Shown here: positions 21,246-30,271 of the stretch, piece after piece
Numbering within the stretch: the stretch's first letter is position 1
Layout: each line of letters begins with the position of its first letter
NCBI GenBank assembly: GCA_002722595.1
Contig: PBMO01000046.1
Span: forward strand, 1 to 50,739
Reading direction: 5' to 3'
DNA: 50,739 nucleotides
Source of the DNA: Methanobacteriota archaeon
GTDB lineage: Archaea; Thermoplasmatota; Poseidoniia; Poseidoniales; Thalassarchaeaceae
Notes under the pieces: generated by a model
The model's database searches: none
What the model saw: only the letters and a program-made list of their open reading frames with translations
What the model was told of the DNA's origin: nothing
Position numbers and translations under genes: made by a program

Positions 21246-24062
21246 TCACGCCTGTTTCTTAGCTTCTACTTGGCGTGCTAGGAATGACACAACATCGAGA
21301 ATCTCAAAGTCGTGCTTTGGATCACCCTCAAACTTTAGGCATTCAAAATGCGAGACACACTTGGGACAAGATGTTAGCATTATATCTGCACCAGTTGCAC
21401 GAACTTCATCAAATCTCTGTACTCTAAGAGCTCGACTTTCTTCATTACAACCCATCATGCTCGAAACACCACAACAAAGTGCATCTTCACCATGATGCTC
21501 CATTTCGACCAGATCGACACCTTCGACAGAGGAAACAAGGTTTCTCGGTTCATCATAAATTTCCATTTGGCGCCCAAGCCTACAAGGGTCATGGTATGTC
21601 ACAGTAACGTCCTCTTCTGATTTCAATCCCATGTCGAATCCATTTTCTATGAGGAATTCTGTGGTGTGCATTACCTTGACACCCTCTAATTCGTAATCTT
21701 TAGCAAAGGTCCGGAAGCATTCAGCACAACTTGAGACCAAAGTATCAATTCCACTTGCTTGAATCTTCTTTTGGTTGTATGCCTTTAGTTTCTCAAAGAC
21801 CTCATCCATACCTTGCCATTTTTGGTCATGTCCACAGCACTTGAGGAAATCCCTTCCAAGGTAGGATACATCCGTGCCCATCTCTTCAAACAATGTAAAT
21901 GCCGAAGTAGTAGCATCACCAAGATTCATGCTGCCTTCATTCACATGGCTGAAGATCATTTCTTGATCGATGTAGTCGACGCAACCCGGATAGTATCCAA
22001 TACTTGAGTCGATAGGATAATCCTCAACAGCCACAAATTCAGAATCATATTCTTCTTCAGCCTCTGCTGCAAGTACAGATTGTAGGACGGAATGTGGTAT
22101 GTTTGAAGCGGGTGGGCCACCTACTACCAACGCCCTTCGCATGTCTACATATGAATCGTAGTCGACCAATTGTGGGCATGCATTCGTACAAGCAGTACAT
22201 GTCAGGCATGAAAATAGTGGCACTCCATCGTCTTCATTATTCCAACTGTTGTAGATGATGTTCAGTTTATCACCTGCGTTGAATAAGCGCACAGGACATG
22301 CATCGTCACAGAGGTCACAGCCGTAACACTTGTTCATCTCGTACTCGTATCCTCGTGCCATACTCCGCATCATCATGAATACAACAGCGCCAACACCAAG
22401 ACATGGTACAAAGAGTGAATAAATCAGTTTCGCATCTAGTGCTTTTGGATTTTTGTGGTAAGTGGGATTTTCACTCATATACGATGAAAGGCTGGCAATA
22501 TCCATCCCAATTCCAGATAACGTCAGATTCGTAGTATCTGCTCTATTTATTGCTTGACCATTATCGCCAATAAGTAATGGTTGGTGGCCAATGACATTTA
22601 CCCCTGCAAATATCGAATATGATGAGTTAATTCCGGTCCATGTTGTTGAGAAATCAACATTATAATCACCGGGTGCAAGCTTAAGCACACCACTTTCACA
22701 GGGTGTATCGAATACTACGTCGTTGTTAGAGTTAGTAACCGTGAAGACACTATCTACAAGCGTACCAATTCCCCATTCGCTTGAGCGCTGCGAGCAGGAA
22801 ATATCGACATACACGTCTCCGATTCCAAAGTTCTCAATGCTTATGTCCCAATTACCTGCTATTGACACAGTCTCATCGACATCATTACCCATTGGATTCC
22901 AGTCCCATGTGATGCCATTTCTTCGAGTTTGATTGTCGAAATGGTTGTTCGCTCCTGCGAAATCGATCAGACGTTCTTGCACGGGTTGGTATATGCCCCA
23001 ATTCATGAACTGACTCGCTGTAACAAGACAGAAATCGGATCTACTATACGCATCTTCCCCTTCAAATTTCGAACTCATCCAAACCTCATTTGCCATACTT
23101 TCCTCGTATGTCAAACAGTCTGCATGAATGTCTTCCCAATGATGGCCCTCGTTTATGGCTACAAGTGTATCTCCTGGTTGTGATCTCAACTCTTCCAATG
23201 CACTAATTTCATCCATTGCTCCGAGTCCACCTTGGTCCCAGAAACCATTGTCATAAACTGGCCATGTTACTGTACAGAGTAATATGGTCACGATTAGTGT
23301 TCCCATGGATACCTGTTTGCCAAGTTTGGGCGAGGTTCTTGCGCCAATTGATTTCACTAAGAACCAACGAATTCCCATATACAATGCAACCCATATGAAA
23401 ATTCCAGTTAATACCCACGGTATCGTGTTGAATATATCAGCAATCCAAGGTTCCCTTACGCCACAATTGAGCCCTGCATGAGAGTTCAATTGACAGAAAT
23501 CAGTTCTATTTTTACCATATAATTCAAGGAAGATATTAATTGAAAATACAGAGATAAACCAGACGTGAGCAAGGTATATCGCTCCAGCTGTAGCAAACCA
23601 TGGATCTTCAACACCACGCTTTTCACGGCCACCTAGGAATGGCGGGAGTGCTAGGATTGTTACTGGTAGTCCAGTAATTGCCGCACCCCACCATGCTGCG
23701 TTCCATGAGATGACAGGCTGTCCAAAGAATGCTCCGATTGGACCTGCAGGAATATCGAATTGTGGTAAATACTCGCCCCATCGGAGGTAACCATAACTGA
23801 ATAGAACGTACCAGTCAGGGAATACGAATCCGGCTTGTGCATATGGATCAGCTGCACCATGCAGAGGGGGTGGAATTAACCAAGAATAGAAACAAAGAAC
23901 CGCGACCATTGCGGCAAATATAATTCCGTCACGCAGAACTTCATGTGGCCAAAATGCGTGACCAACAAATACTCGCCTTCGCTCTTTGTCAGCACTTTGG
24001 AGGCTTTCTTTTTCACGGACATATGTATCCGCGATTTTGCCAAGACTTTCTATTAAGCCCAT
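21246..24062 (-). CDS. Fusion: cytochrome b6f subunit IV-like domain, extracytoplasmic domain, and HdrD/GlpC-like 2x[4Fe-4S] + 2xCCG module
   Basis: FWPHEV, ADP, PDWY, PFL; CYGCDLCDDACP, CLTCTACTNACP; YYPGC..CCG..SCAEC; YHDPCRLGR..CCG..SCPKC. GAGGAGG SD precedes ATG 24062. Confidence 0.88.
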   Translation of the reverse strand: MGLIESLGKIADTYVREKESLQSADKERRRVFVGHAFWPHEVLRDGIIFAAMVAVLCFYSWLIPPPLHGAADPYAQAGFVFPDWYVLFSYGYLRWGEYLPQFDIPAGPIGAFFGQPVISWNAAWWGAAITGLPVTILALPPFLGGREKRGVEDPWFATAGAIYLAHVWFISVFSINIFLELYGKNRTDFCQLNSHAGLNCGVREPWIADIFNTIPWVLTGIFIWVALYMGIRWFLVKSIGARTSPKLGKQVSMGTLIVTILLCTVTWPVYDNGFWDQGGLGAMDEISALEELRSQPGDTLVAINEGHHWEDIHADCLTYEESMANEVWMSSKFEGEDAYSRSDFCLVTASQFMNWGIYQPVQERLIDFAGANNHFDNQTRRNGITWDWNPMGNDVDETVSIAGNWDISIENFGIGDVYVDISCSQRSSEWGIGTLVDSVFTVTNSNNDVVFDTPCESGVLKLAPGDYNVDFSTTWTGINSSYSIFAGVNVIGHQPLLIGDNGQAINRADTTNLTLSGIGMDIASLSSYMSENPTYHKNPKALDAKLIYSLFVPCLGVGAVVFMMMRSMARGYEYEMNKCYGCDLCDDACPVRLFNAGDKLNIIYNSWNNEDDGVPLFSCLTCTACTNACPQLVDYDSYVDMRRALVVGGPPASNIPHSVLQSVLAAEAEEEYDSEFVAVEDYPIDSSIGYYPGCVDYIDQEMIFSHVNEGSMNLGDATTSAFTLFEEMGTDVSYLGRDFLKCCGHDQKWQGMDEVFEKLKAYNQKKIQASGIDTLVSSCAECFRTFAKDYELEGVKVMHTTEFLIENGFDMGLKSEEDVTVTYHDPCRLGRQMEIYDEPRNLVSSVEGVDLVEMEHHGEDALCCGVSSMMGCNEESRALRVQRFDEVRATGADIMLTSCPKCVSHFECLKFEGDPKHDFEILDVVSFLARQVEAKKQA

Positions 24063-24075
24063 TCTATATCCCTCC

Positions 24076-24939
24076 TCAATGCGGCTCAGCGATGCCTTGT
24101 ACCCAAACAATAAACAAGTGAATCAAAATCAATGTGGTGACAATTACTGGCAAGATAAATACGTGCAGGAAATACATACGAGTCACCGCTTGGTAGGTCA
24201 AACTAGTTCCTCCGAACATAGCATTTGCAACCCAAGGCCCGATTAGTGGTGTACTATTAGCCATGTTTATTCCAATTGTAGCTGCACCAAATGCCAAACT
24301 ATCCCATGGCAATAGATATCCAGAATAACCGAAAAATATGACGAAGAACATCAATGCAACTCCAATCAACCAATTTAATTCACGAGGGTTTCTGTATGCT
24401 CCTGTGAAATATACTCGGCACATGTGTAAGAATACAGCAGCGACCATGAAGTGAGTAGTCCAGTGGTGGATTGATCGAATGATATATCCAAATGGCAATT
24501 GTGTCATGATGAATTCCATGCTGGAGTAGGCCGGTGTAGGGTCACCCTGTCCGCCAGGGACATAGTAGATTCCAAGAATTGTACCTGTAATTACGAGAAT
24601 GATGAATGCAAGGAAGGATATCCCGCCCAAGCAGTAGAGAGGATACCAATACCAGATGATGCGGAGTTTGTATTTTTCAGCATGTGTTAGAGGCATTTGG
24701 CGATGCATGCTGTGGTAAGCATCGCGTGACATAGCCCAGTAATCTTGGACCCTAAATCTTGTATCAAGCCATGAAAATGCCCACAGGAAAATTTTCTCAA
24801 CTAATCCTAGTTTGCCTGTTGACTCGACTGCTCGCAGAATTTCCTTACGCGGCATTTCCTCATTTTCCTTTCGAAGTGTGAAAGCAACGATTACCGTAAT
24901 AATCGCAATAAAGAGTCCTAATAACCAAACTTGCAACAT
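24076..24939 (-). CDS. petB: Cytochrome b6-type (split cytochrome b, N-terminal part)
   Basis: YCLGG, RSIHHW..FLHMCRV, PRELNW, GYLLPWD, LH-x14-H, C-terminal QGIAEPH. Confidence 0.92.
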   Translation of the reverse strand: MLQVWLLGLFIAIITVIVAFTLRKENEEMPRKEILRAVESTGKLGLVEKIFLWAFSWLDTRFRVQDYWAMSRDAYHSMHRQMPLTHAEKYKLRIIWYWYPLYCLGGISFLAFIILVITGTILGIYYVPGGQGDPTPAYSSMEFIMTQLPFGYIIRSIHHWTTHFMVAAVFLHMCRVYFTGAYRNPRELNWLIGVALMFFVIFFGYSGYLLPWDSLAFGAATIGINMANSTPLIGPWVANAMFGGTSLTYQAVTRMYFLHVFILPVIVTTLILIHLFIVWVQGIAEPH

Positions 24940-24951
24940 TTTTCTTTCACC

Positions 24952-25827
24952 TCAATCACAGAACGTGTACCACTCCTGGTATGTACTCAATCCCTTGATT
25001 ATATCATCCTCAACAACGAATGGGATTAATGGCAGGCCAACTGGAGCAGGGCCACCAGTTAAGCGCACTCCAAAGTAATCAAATGTGGAACCATTGCTCC
25101 GATTCCTGTTCCGATTTTTCTCCAACATTGTTGGGTCATAGCGTGAGGAGTGACAGATACAGAACAATTTGTTTCCACCTGCATCTACACCACCTGGTAG
25201 CCATGTATCTGCCGTGAAATCATTAGCCACAAGTTGCCAACCAGGTATACAGCATAGGTGTGGGCATCGACTGAACATCAAGAGAATGTTGTCATGTGGC
25301 TGTAGGGCAAGGTCAGGTGTCCCATCTTCCAAAACGACATCAAATATTTCTCTTCCATGGCCAATGAATGCTCCTCCTGAGTCATATCCTTCACCATATT
25401 GGATCCTAGGCAAACCTTCTGCGGGAGGCTTCGATTCATTTTCTTCATGTGGTATGTATACGATATTGACTGGCATACCACTCCAAACACCCTGTGCTCC
25501 AGCCATTCCGGTATTGGATTTTGCAGCCTCAGCCTCTAGATGTGATTTCTGCATTTCTTGTTCATGCATTGCACCATACCACACAGCGTCTTCTTGTCCT
25601 TTTGGCACCCAATATTTCACACCCGTGTCTTCGCCGCCAGTACTTGCTTGACCCATTAGGAATGAAGCAAATCCAACGGACCCCAAACTTGCTAATGCAA
25701 TGGCGCCACCTGCTGCATTGAATGTGTATTTCATGAACAGTCTCCTGTCCAATACAGTAGAAACTCCTTCTGCATTATCATGGGTGGTTTTACCTGGTGC
25801 AGGTCTGAGTCTGAACTGTCTACCCAT
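24952..25827 (-). CDS. Rieske [2Fe-2S] protein with Tat signal
   Basis: RRLFMK plus TM helix; CPHLCC and CICHSSRYD boxes; GPAP..LP. Confidence 0.9.
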   Translation of the reverse strand: MGRQFRLRPAPGKTTHDNAEGVSTVLDRRLFMKYTFNAAGGAIALASLGSVGFASFLMGQASTGGEDTGVKYWVPKGQEDAVWYGAMHEQEMQKSHLEAEAAKSNTGMAGAQGVWSGMPVNIVYIPHEENESKPPAEGLPRIQYGEGYDSGGAFIGHGREIFDVVLEDGTPDLALQPHDNILLMFSRCPHLCCIPGWQLVANDFTADTWLPGGVDAGGNKLFCICHSSRYDPTMLEKNRNRNRSNGSTFDYFGVRLTGGPAPVGLPLIPFVVEDDIIKGLSTYQEWYTFCD

Positions 25828-25829
25828 GA

Positions 25830-26279
25830 TTACACCTCATATTTTTTCCAGCTCTCTGGGTCTTTTGCTGGAATGAATTTATTCCTTCTATGCTTGACTA
25901 TCAATGTATCAGGCATTACCCATTTCAAGTACACGATACCCATTATAATCAAAGTTGTTAGCATCATTGCTAAGAAGAATGATAGTATCTGTTGATCCCA
26001 ATAATTGAATAATCCATAGGAAAGCCCTCCTGCCCAATAGATAGTCCAGAAGAGACCCCATGCAAACACAATGGTGACTAACCAAGATGTTGCACTTGGA
26101 GATATACTAGATCGCACAATAGTCCCTGGTTTCGGCGCATTGAATACCCCATGGTCTACTGCTGTGATGTATTCTTCCTCAGTTAGGTTGACGCCATCTA
26201 AGGCCGACCTCGCATCTTCGATGCTAACTTCGCCAGACTTGACCTGCTTGAGAAGACGCATTACAATGTCTTCATTCAT
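25830..26279 (-). CDS. Membrane protein (2 TM) in the Rieske/b operon
   Basis: ATGA overlap with the upstream gene; short helical N-domain LLKQVKSGEVSIEDA. Confidence 0.7.
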   Translation of the reverse strand: MNEDIVMRLLKQVKSGEVSIEDARSALDGVNLTEEEYITAVDHGVFNAPKPGTIVRSSISPSATSWLVTIVFAWGLFWTIYWAGGLSYGLFNYWDQQILSFFLAMMLTTLIIMGIVYLKWVMPDTLIVKHRRNKFIPAKDPESWKKYEV

Positions 26280-27100
26280 AGTTGGTCACCCCTTCTTAGA
26301 TGCTTCATTCGGAGTCGGATTAGATTGGATCTCCCTTCATAGTGTCGGCTAAAGCCATAGCGTAAGAAAAATCCACAGAATAGGATGACTAGTACAACAG
26401 CCCCAAAGCCAAGAAGTCCAAGCCAGTGTGCTCTGAATGGAGCTCCCATGTGGTGCAAATCGACATGTCCGCCGTCCGCTTCTGGTGGTTTCACATCTCC
26501 ATTCCCTGCGAAAATTGTTCGTGTATTTCCATTATCTTCGCCCTCTCCAAGTGTGAAGGACAAACGGTTCCACGCATCACCGGTAGGTGCGCCGTCGCCA
26601 TTTACGCTATTCCCTGCGAGCCAAAATGTCACATCTCCAGTCCCTGATTCAGGAGCTATCCAAACAATATCCCATGCACGATCGCTTGGGTTGCTACCCT
26701 CTTCCGTATGAGTTAATGTAGTGCCATCATCTCCGTTTTGAACCATTGACTCATAACCAGCATCACCCGTTAACTCTCCTGCCTCTACCCTCATTGAGAA
26801 TCCAGCAGAGGACACGCCTCCTATTTCTGGCCCACCAATAATTTGTATTTTCAGAGAGTAACTTGTACCTGATGAGTACTGGTATGGGACGTCAACAATC
26901 ATCACAGTCACTGTGTCGTCGGGCGCCACAGCATTTCCAGAGTGACAGGTACAACCATTCTTGGCTACATCCGTGCCACCTTCGGCTTCATCTCCATAGA
27001 TTCCACCAGGTCTACCTTGACTTGAGCCGGCGACCAGAATCACAATCAAAACTCCAGTAAGGACGCGTAATAGTCGCTTATTGGATGCCGCCATAGCCAA
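26276..27100 (-). CDS. Exported Reeler-like (choice-of-anchor V-type) protein with CxCH motif and C-terminal TM anchor
   Basis: Signal peptide, GCTCH, AGFSM, LTH, W.IVWIAP..G.G.VTFWLAGNSVNGDG...GD. Confidence 0.7.
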   Translation of the reverse strand: MAMAASNKRLLRVLTGVLIVILVAGSSQGRPGGIYGDEAEGGTDVAKNGCTCHSGNAVAPDDTVTVMIVDVPYQYSSGTSYSLKIQIIGGPEIGGVSSAGFSMRVEAGELTGDAGYESMVQNGDDGTTLTHTEEGSNPSDRAWDIVWIAPESGTGDVTFWLAGNSVNGDGAPTGDAWNRLSFTLGEGEDNGNTRTIFAGNGDVKPPEADGGHVDLHHMGAPFRAHWLGLLGFGAVVLVILFCGFFLRYGFSRHYEGRSNLIRLRMKHLRRGDQL

Positions 27101-27252
27101 GCCTCACCTACGGTGAGTTTGTCCACTTGAGTGACCACCATAAACGTTCCCTGTCGAATGCGAGAAAAAAGCCTAGCAGTACAACGATTTTACAAAACTC
27201 TTGGAGAACGTCGATGCGCAGTTGTGAATAGCCATAATCTGTTCGCAATGGC

Positions 27253-27558
27253 ATGGGCGAGAGGACATGGGAAAACACATACAACTTGACCGATGAGCAA
27301 TTAGCCCATCTTGATACAGCCGAGACGATGATGGAGAAAATGGATTTGAGTAGTGCAGAAAACCTTCTTTTGGAAATGTTGGAAACTAATCCAGATTGTG
27401 TTCCTGTACTCTCAAACTTGGGCCATTTGTATGGCAAACACCTCTCGGAGTTTGAGACAGCAGTATCTTATTACGAAAAAGTACTCGAGATTGAACCGGA
27501 TAATGCATGGGCTAGGGATGCCCGGAGAAGGTATTCTCGATACATTGGACGTGACTAA
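27253..27558 (+). CDS. TPR-repeat protein
   Basis: NPDCVPVLSNLGHLY...AVSYYEKVLEIEPDN. Confidence 0.85.
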   Translation: MGERTWENTYNLTDEQLAHLDTAETMMEKMDLSSAENLLLEMLETNPDCVPVLSNLGHLYGKHLSEFETAVSYYEKVLEIEPDNAWARDARRRYSRYIGRD

Positions 27559-27599
27559 CTCGCACAACCATCATGACCCCTCTCGTTCTTTGCTATCTC

Positions 27600-28532
27600 A
27601 TGGAGGATGGCAAGTTACTCATCGCGGGTGTCGGCAGTCTGGGTTGCAGATGGGCTAGAGCCGCTCATTCGAGGGTATCGGATTGGGTAGATTTAGCACT
27701 TGTTGATGCCGACGCTCGGTCGATGGATGGGGCTAAGCATGCCAACTGTCTCATTTTAGGGGATTCAACATCGGAAGTCGGTTGCGCCGGAATGCCACAA
27801 TTGGCCGAGGCTAGAATGCGCTCACTACAGCCAATAACTGATCATTTTCTAGGCGATGCTGAACTATTGGTTCTTCTTACAGGATTGGGTGGTGGTTCAG
27901 GTTCTGGGGCATCTGTTGAATTTGCCCGCCAAGCTGCACAATCAGGTTGCTTGGTGATTACTGTGGCAGCGATGCCATTCAGTGCACAATTTGAGAGGCA
28001 AAGGATTGCTGAATCAGCCCTCCCGCGTTTGTCCAAATATAGTCATGTTTGCGTAGAACTGAGTCTCGATAGAATGGCTTGGCAAGCACGTGAGAGGGGC
28101 GTTGATTGGGAACAAGGATCTGCATGGGTAGAGGAGCTTTGTGAAGGGCTTATTCGAACATTGGCCAATGTCGGTTTGATTAATCTTGATTTGATGGATT
28201 TAAGGTCAATAGTTTCTAAATCGGGAGGGTCAACTTTGCTTGTTGCCGAGGGACATTGTGACGACTCAGTACAGCTTTACGAGCGGGCACGTTCTTCACC
28301 ACTTGCAGCCATGTCAGTTGGTGGTGCAACTGGTTGTTTGTTACAAGTAGAAGGCGGCCCACATATGACTCTCAAACAGGTTGAATCAGTGGCATCTGCA
28401 TTCACTGACGGTTTAGCGATGGACGCCCAAGTGATTATCGGCGCTCGAGTTTCTCCAGATCTCGGTGAAAGAATGCGAGTAGTCGCTGTAGTCAGTGGCT
28501 TGCCGCGAATCCAATCTGATGGACTCGTTTAA
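27600..28532 (+). CDS. Divergent FtsZ/tubulin-family protein
   Basis: GVG, GCAG.P, GLGGGSGSG, PF..F, GLINLD..DL, GA.G.L..V.GG, VIIGA, RVVAVVSGL. Start at ATG 27600. Confidence 0.85.
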   Translation: MEDGKLLIAGVGSLGCRWARAAHSRVSDWVDLALVDADARSMDGAKHANCLILGDSTSEVGCAGMPQLAEARMRSLQPITDHFLGDAELLVLLTGLGGGSGSGASVEFARQAAQSGCLVITVAAMPFSAQFERQRIAESALPRLSKYSHVCVELSLDRMAWQARERGVDWEQGSAWVEELCEGLIRTLANVGLINLDLMDLRSIVSKSGGSTLLVAEGHCDDSVQLYERARSSPLAAMSVGGATGCLLQVEGGPHMTLKQVESVASAFTDGLAMDAQVIIGARVSPDLGERMRVVAVVSGLPRIQSDGLV

Positions 28533-28537
28533 TCGTA

Positions 28538-29836
28538 TTAAGAATCTTCAGCAGTTACTGGCGGAGGTATATCTAATTCAGTCGCCTCCTTGGTTTTCGC
28601 ATCGACCTTCGAATCAGAGACTTCTTCAGGAATCTCTACTTCAGTGTCATCTAATTCCTCAGAATCACTTTCGACATAATCTCCCACTTCGACCCATTTC
28701 GCTATATTACCAGTAGTCCATGAATAAATCCAAAGCATCGTGGCTGCGGTCACTATGTGCCCAATTCCGATTGAGGCAGACATTCCTATTGTGCCAACAG
28801 TTCCTTCAGTAAGCTTAGCCCCAAGTACGGAGATCATTGCGATTGAACCTGAATATGCTATCCCGAATGATAACCCCCAGAATATGGCATTATCCTTTCT
28901 GAATAACTTGAAGCCACTGAGGTGTGAATCTCTTGCTAGGCTCCATATTGCTGCAATAACAGTGAAAAGCATCAATATTAACTCCTCTACTACCAAACCA
29001 ACACCCCATTCATCATTGACAAATCTCCGATACGCACTTAGTAAATGCCACGTGACAAACAGTTGCATAAGGAGTCCCCAGGAGTATGAAAGTGCGGCAG
29101 TATCCTTACGCTGCATATCAATTGAGCGTCGTTTTTTTGTAAATCTGAAAAGAGCAAGTTGTAGCGATATTGCAAAAAGTGCAAAAATAACAGGGCCTAA
29201 TCTGTCAATCGCTTTGATATCTTCTTGTTCCTTGACGCCAAGAACCAATGCCCAGTATGTAATGGCTGCAAAAAGGCCTATGATCAAAATGTGTGCAGTG
29301 GTCGATGTTAGTCGCGAAGTTTTGCCGTTAACTGCGGCAACCTTGGCGACCCTATTTTCTGCAAATACTTGCAAACTCTTTGCCAATGCTCTACCTTGGG
29401 CCAATGACCAGACAATGAATAGACTCCCTATGGCCATCGCCCAATATTCTAATTGACTGCGCCCCATTTCTGTGTTCAAGAATATGGCAATTAGTAAGAA
29501 TGGCACCATCCCTAGGATAATGGGCGAAATCCATGTCGATACTGTATTGACAATAAACGAAAAACCCCAGCCTCGCAAGGCTTGATTTTTTTCGATTGGC
29601 TGGAAGTGACTATATTTGTGCACTATGTCGATTTTGTTGAGCCAAGCCGTAAGTGCATAACCTGTCGAAAGAGCAATGTATCCTGATATCCCTATGGCGA
29701 AAAGTGCATCCGAATCAGAAGCAGAAAGAAGGTAGAAAAGTGTGCCTGCAAGTGCGAGTAGTAACACGTGTGGGAGAGTGGATGGACTGACCAAATTCAG
29801 GAAAATATCGACTATTCTTGGTTTATCTTCTACCAT
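28538..29836 (-). CDS. Polytopic membrane protein of unknown function
   Basis: About 10 hydrophobic helices and an acidic C-terminal tail. Confidence 0.75.
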   Translation of the reverse strand: MVEDKPRIVDIFLNLVSPSTLPHVLLLALAGTLFYLLSASDSDALFAIGISGYIALSTGYALTAWLNKIDIVHKYSHFQPIEKNQALRGWGFSFIVNTVSTWISPIILGMVPFLLIAIFLNTEMGRSQLEYWAMAIGSLFIVWSLAQGRALAKSLQVFAENRVAKVAAVNGKTSRLTSTTAHILIIGLFAAITYWALVLGVKEQEDIKAIDRLGPVIFALFAISLQLALFRFTKKRRSIDMQRKDTAALSYSWGLLMQLFVTWHLLSAYRRFVNDEWGVGLVVEELILMLFTVIAAIWSLARDSHLSGFKLFRKDNAIFWGLSFGIAYSGSIAMISVLGAKLTEGTVGTIGMSASIGIGHIVTAATMLWIYSWTTGNIAKWVEVGDYVESDSEELDDTEVEIPEEVSDSKVDAKTKEATELDIPPPVTAEDS

Positions 29837-29905
29837 ATCTGATTCACCTCCGACGACAATGCGAGCGTGCGAGGCCTGTTAAGTCCGCCTCTTGTCCGAG
29901 TAGTT

Positions 29906-30187
29906 ATGGCAAAGCGTTTGACAAAGGCTCTCCGTGAAAAGAGACGCTGGGTTGGCATAACAGTCAACGGAGTCGTTGAGCGCAAAGATTTGGAACATTT
30001 GATATCCCAATTGGCACCCACCGAGGATTGGAAATTGTACGATTTCAAAGATAATATTGCAATCATAAGAATATTGCTTAGAGATCAACCATTGTGGAGA
30101 CCAATACTCGATGTCGAAGGAGGCCAGATTCGCTCGGTAACAACTTCAGGTAAAATACGACTTGTTAGAGATCGTTTAGGTCTTTAG
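29906..30187 (+). CDS. Rpp14/Pop5-family RNase P protein
   Basis: LREKRRWV at the N-terminus, AIIR, and TTSGKIR at the C-terminus. Confidence 0.7.
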   Translation: MAKRLTKALREKRRWVGITVNGVVERKDLEHLISQLAPTEDWKLYDFKDNIAIIRILLRDQPLWRPILDVEGGQIRSVTTSGKIRLVRDRLGL

Positions 30188-30271
30188 TTAATTGATTTAT
30201 AGATTATTTAGGATTCTAATTTGACATTTTCTAATGACCACATTCATTTGCTCCTCTGGTTTGGCAACCAC

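Noticed and set aside
21246..22400. Evidence for methanogenesis from the Hdr-like domain
   Set aside because: CCG domains are widespread outside methanogens, and no mcr, mtr or CoM/CoB genes are in the window.
27353..27658. Frameshifted N-terminus of the FtsZ homolog from GTG 27551
   Set aside because: An in-frame ATG at 27600 sits just before the first conserved strand, so no frameshift is needed.
28740..29456. 238-aa plus-strand ORF and many similar antisense ORFs (e.g. 3404-3880, 25169-25651, 35597-36070)
   Set aside because: They are shadow frames opposite well-supported genes and show no motifs.
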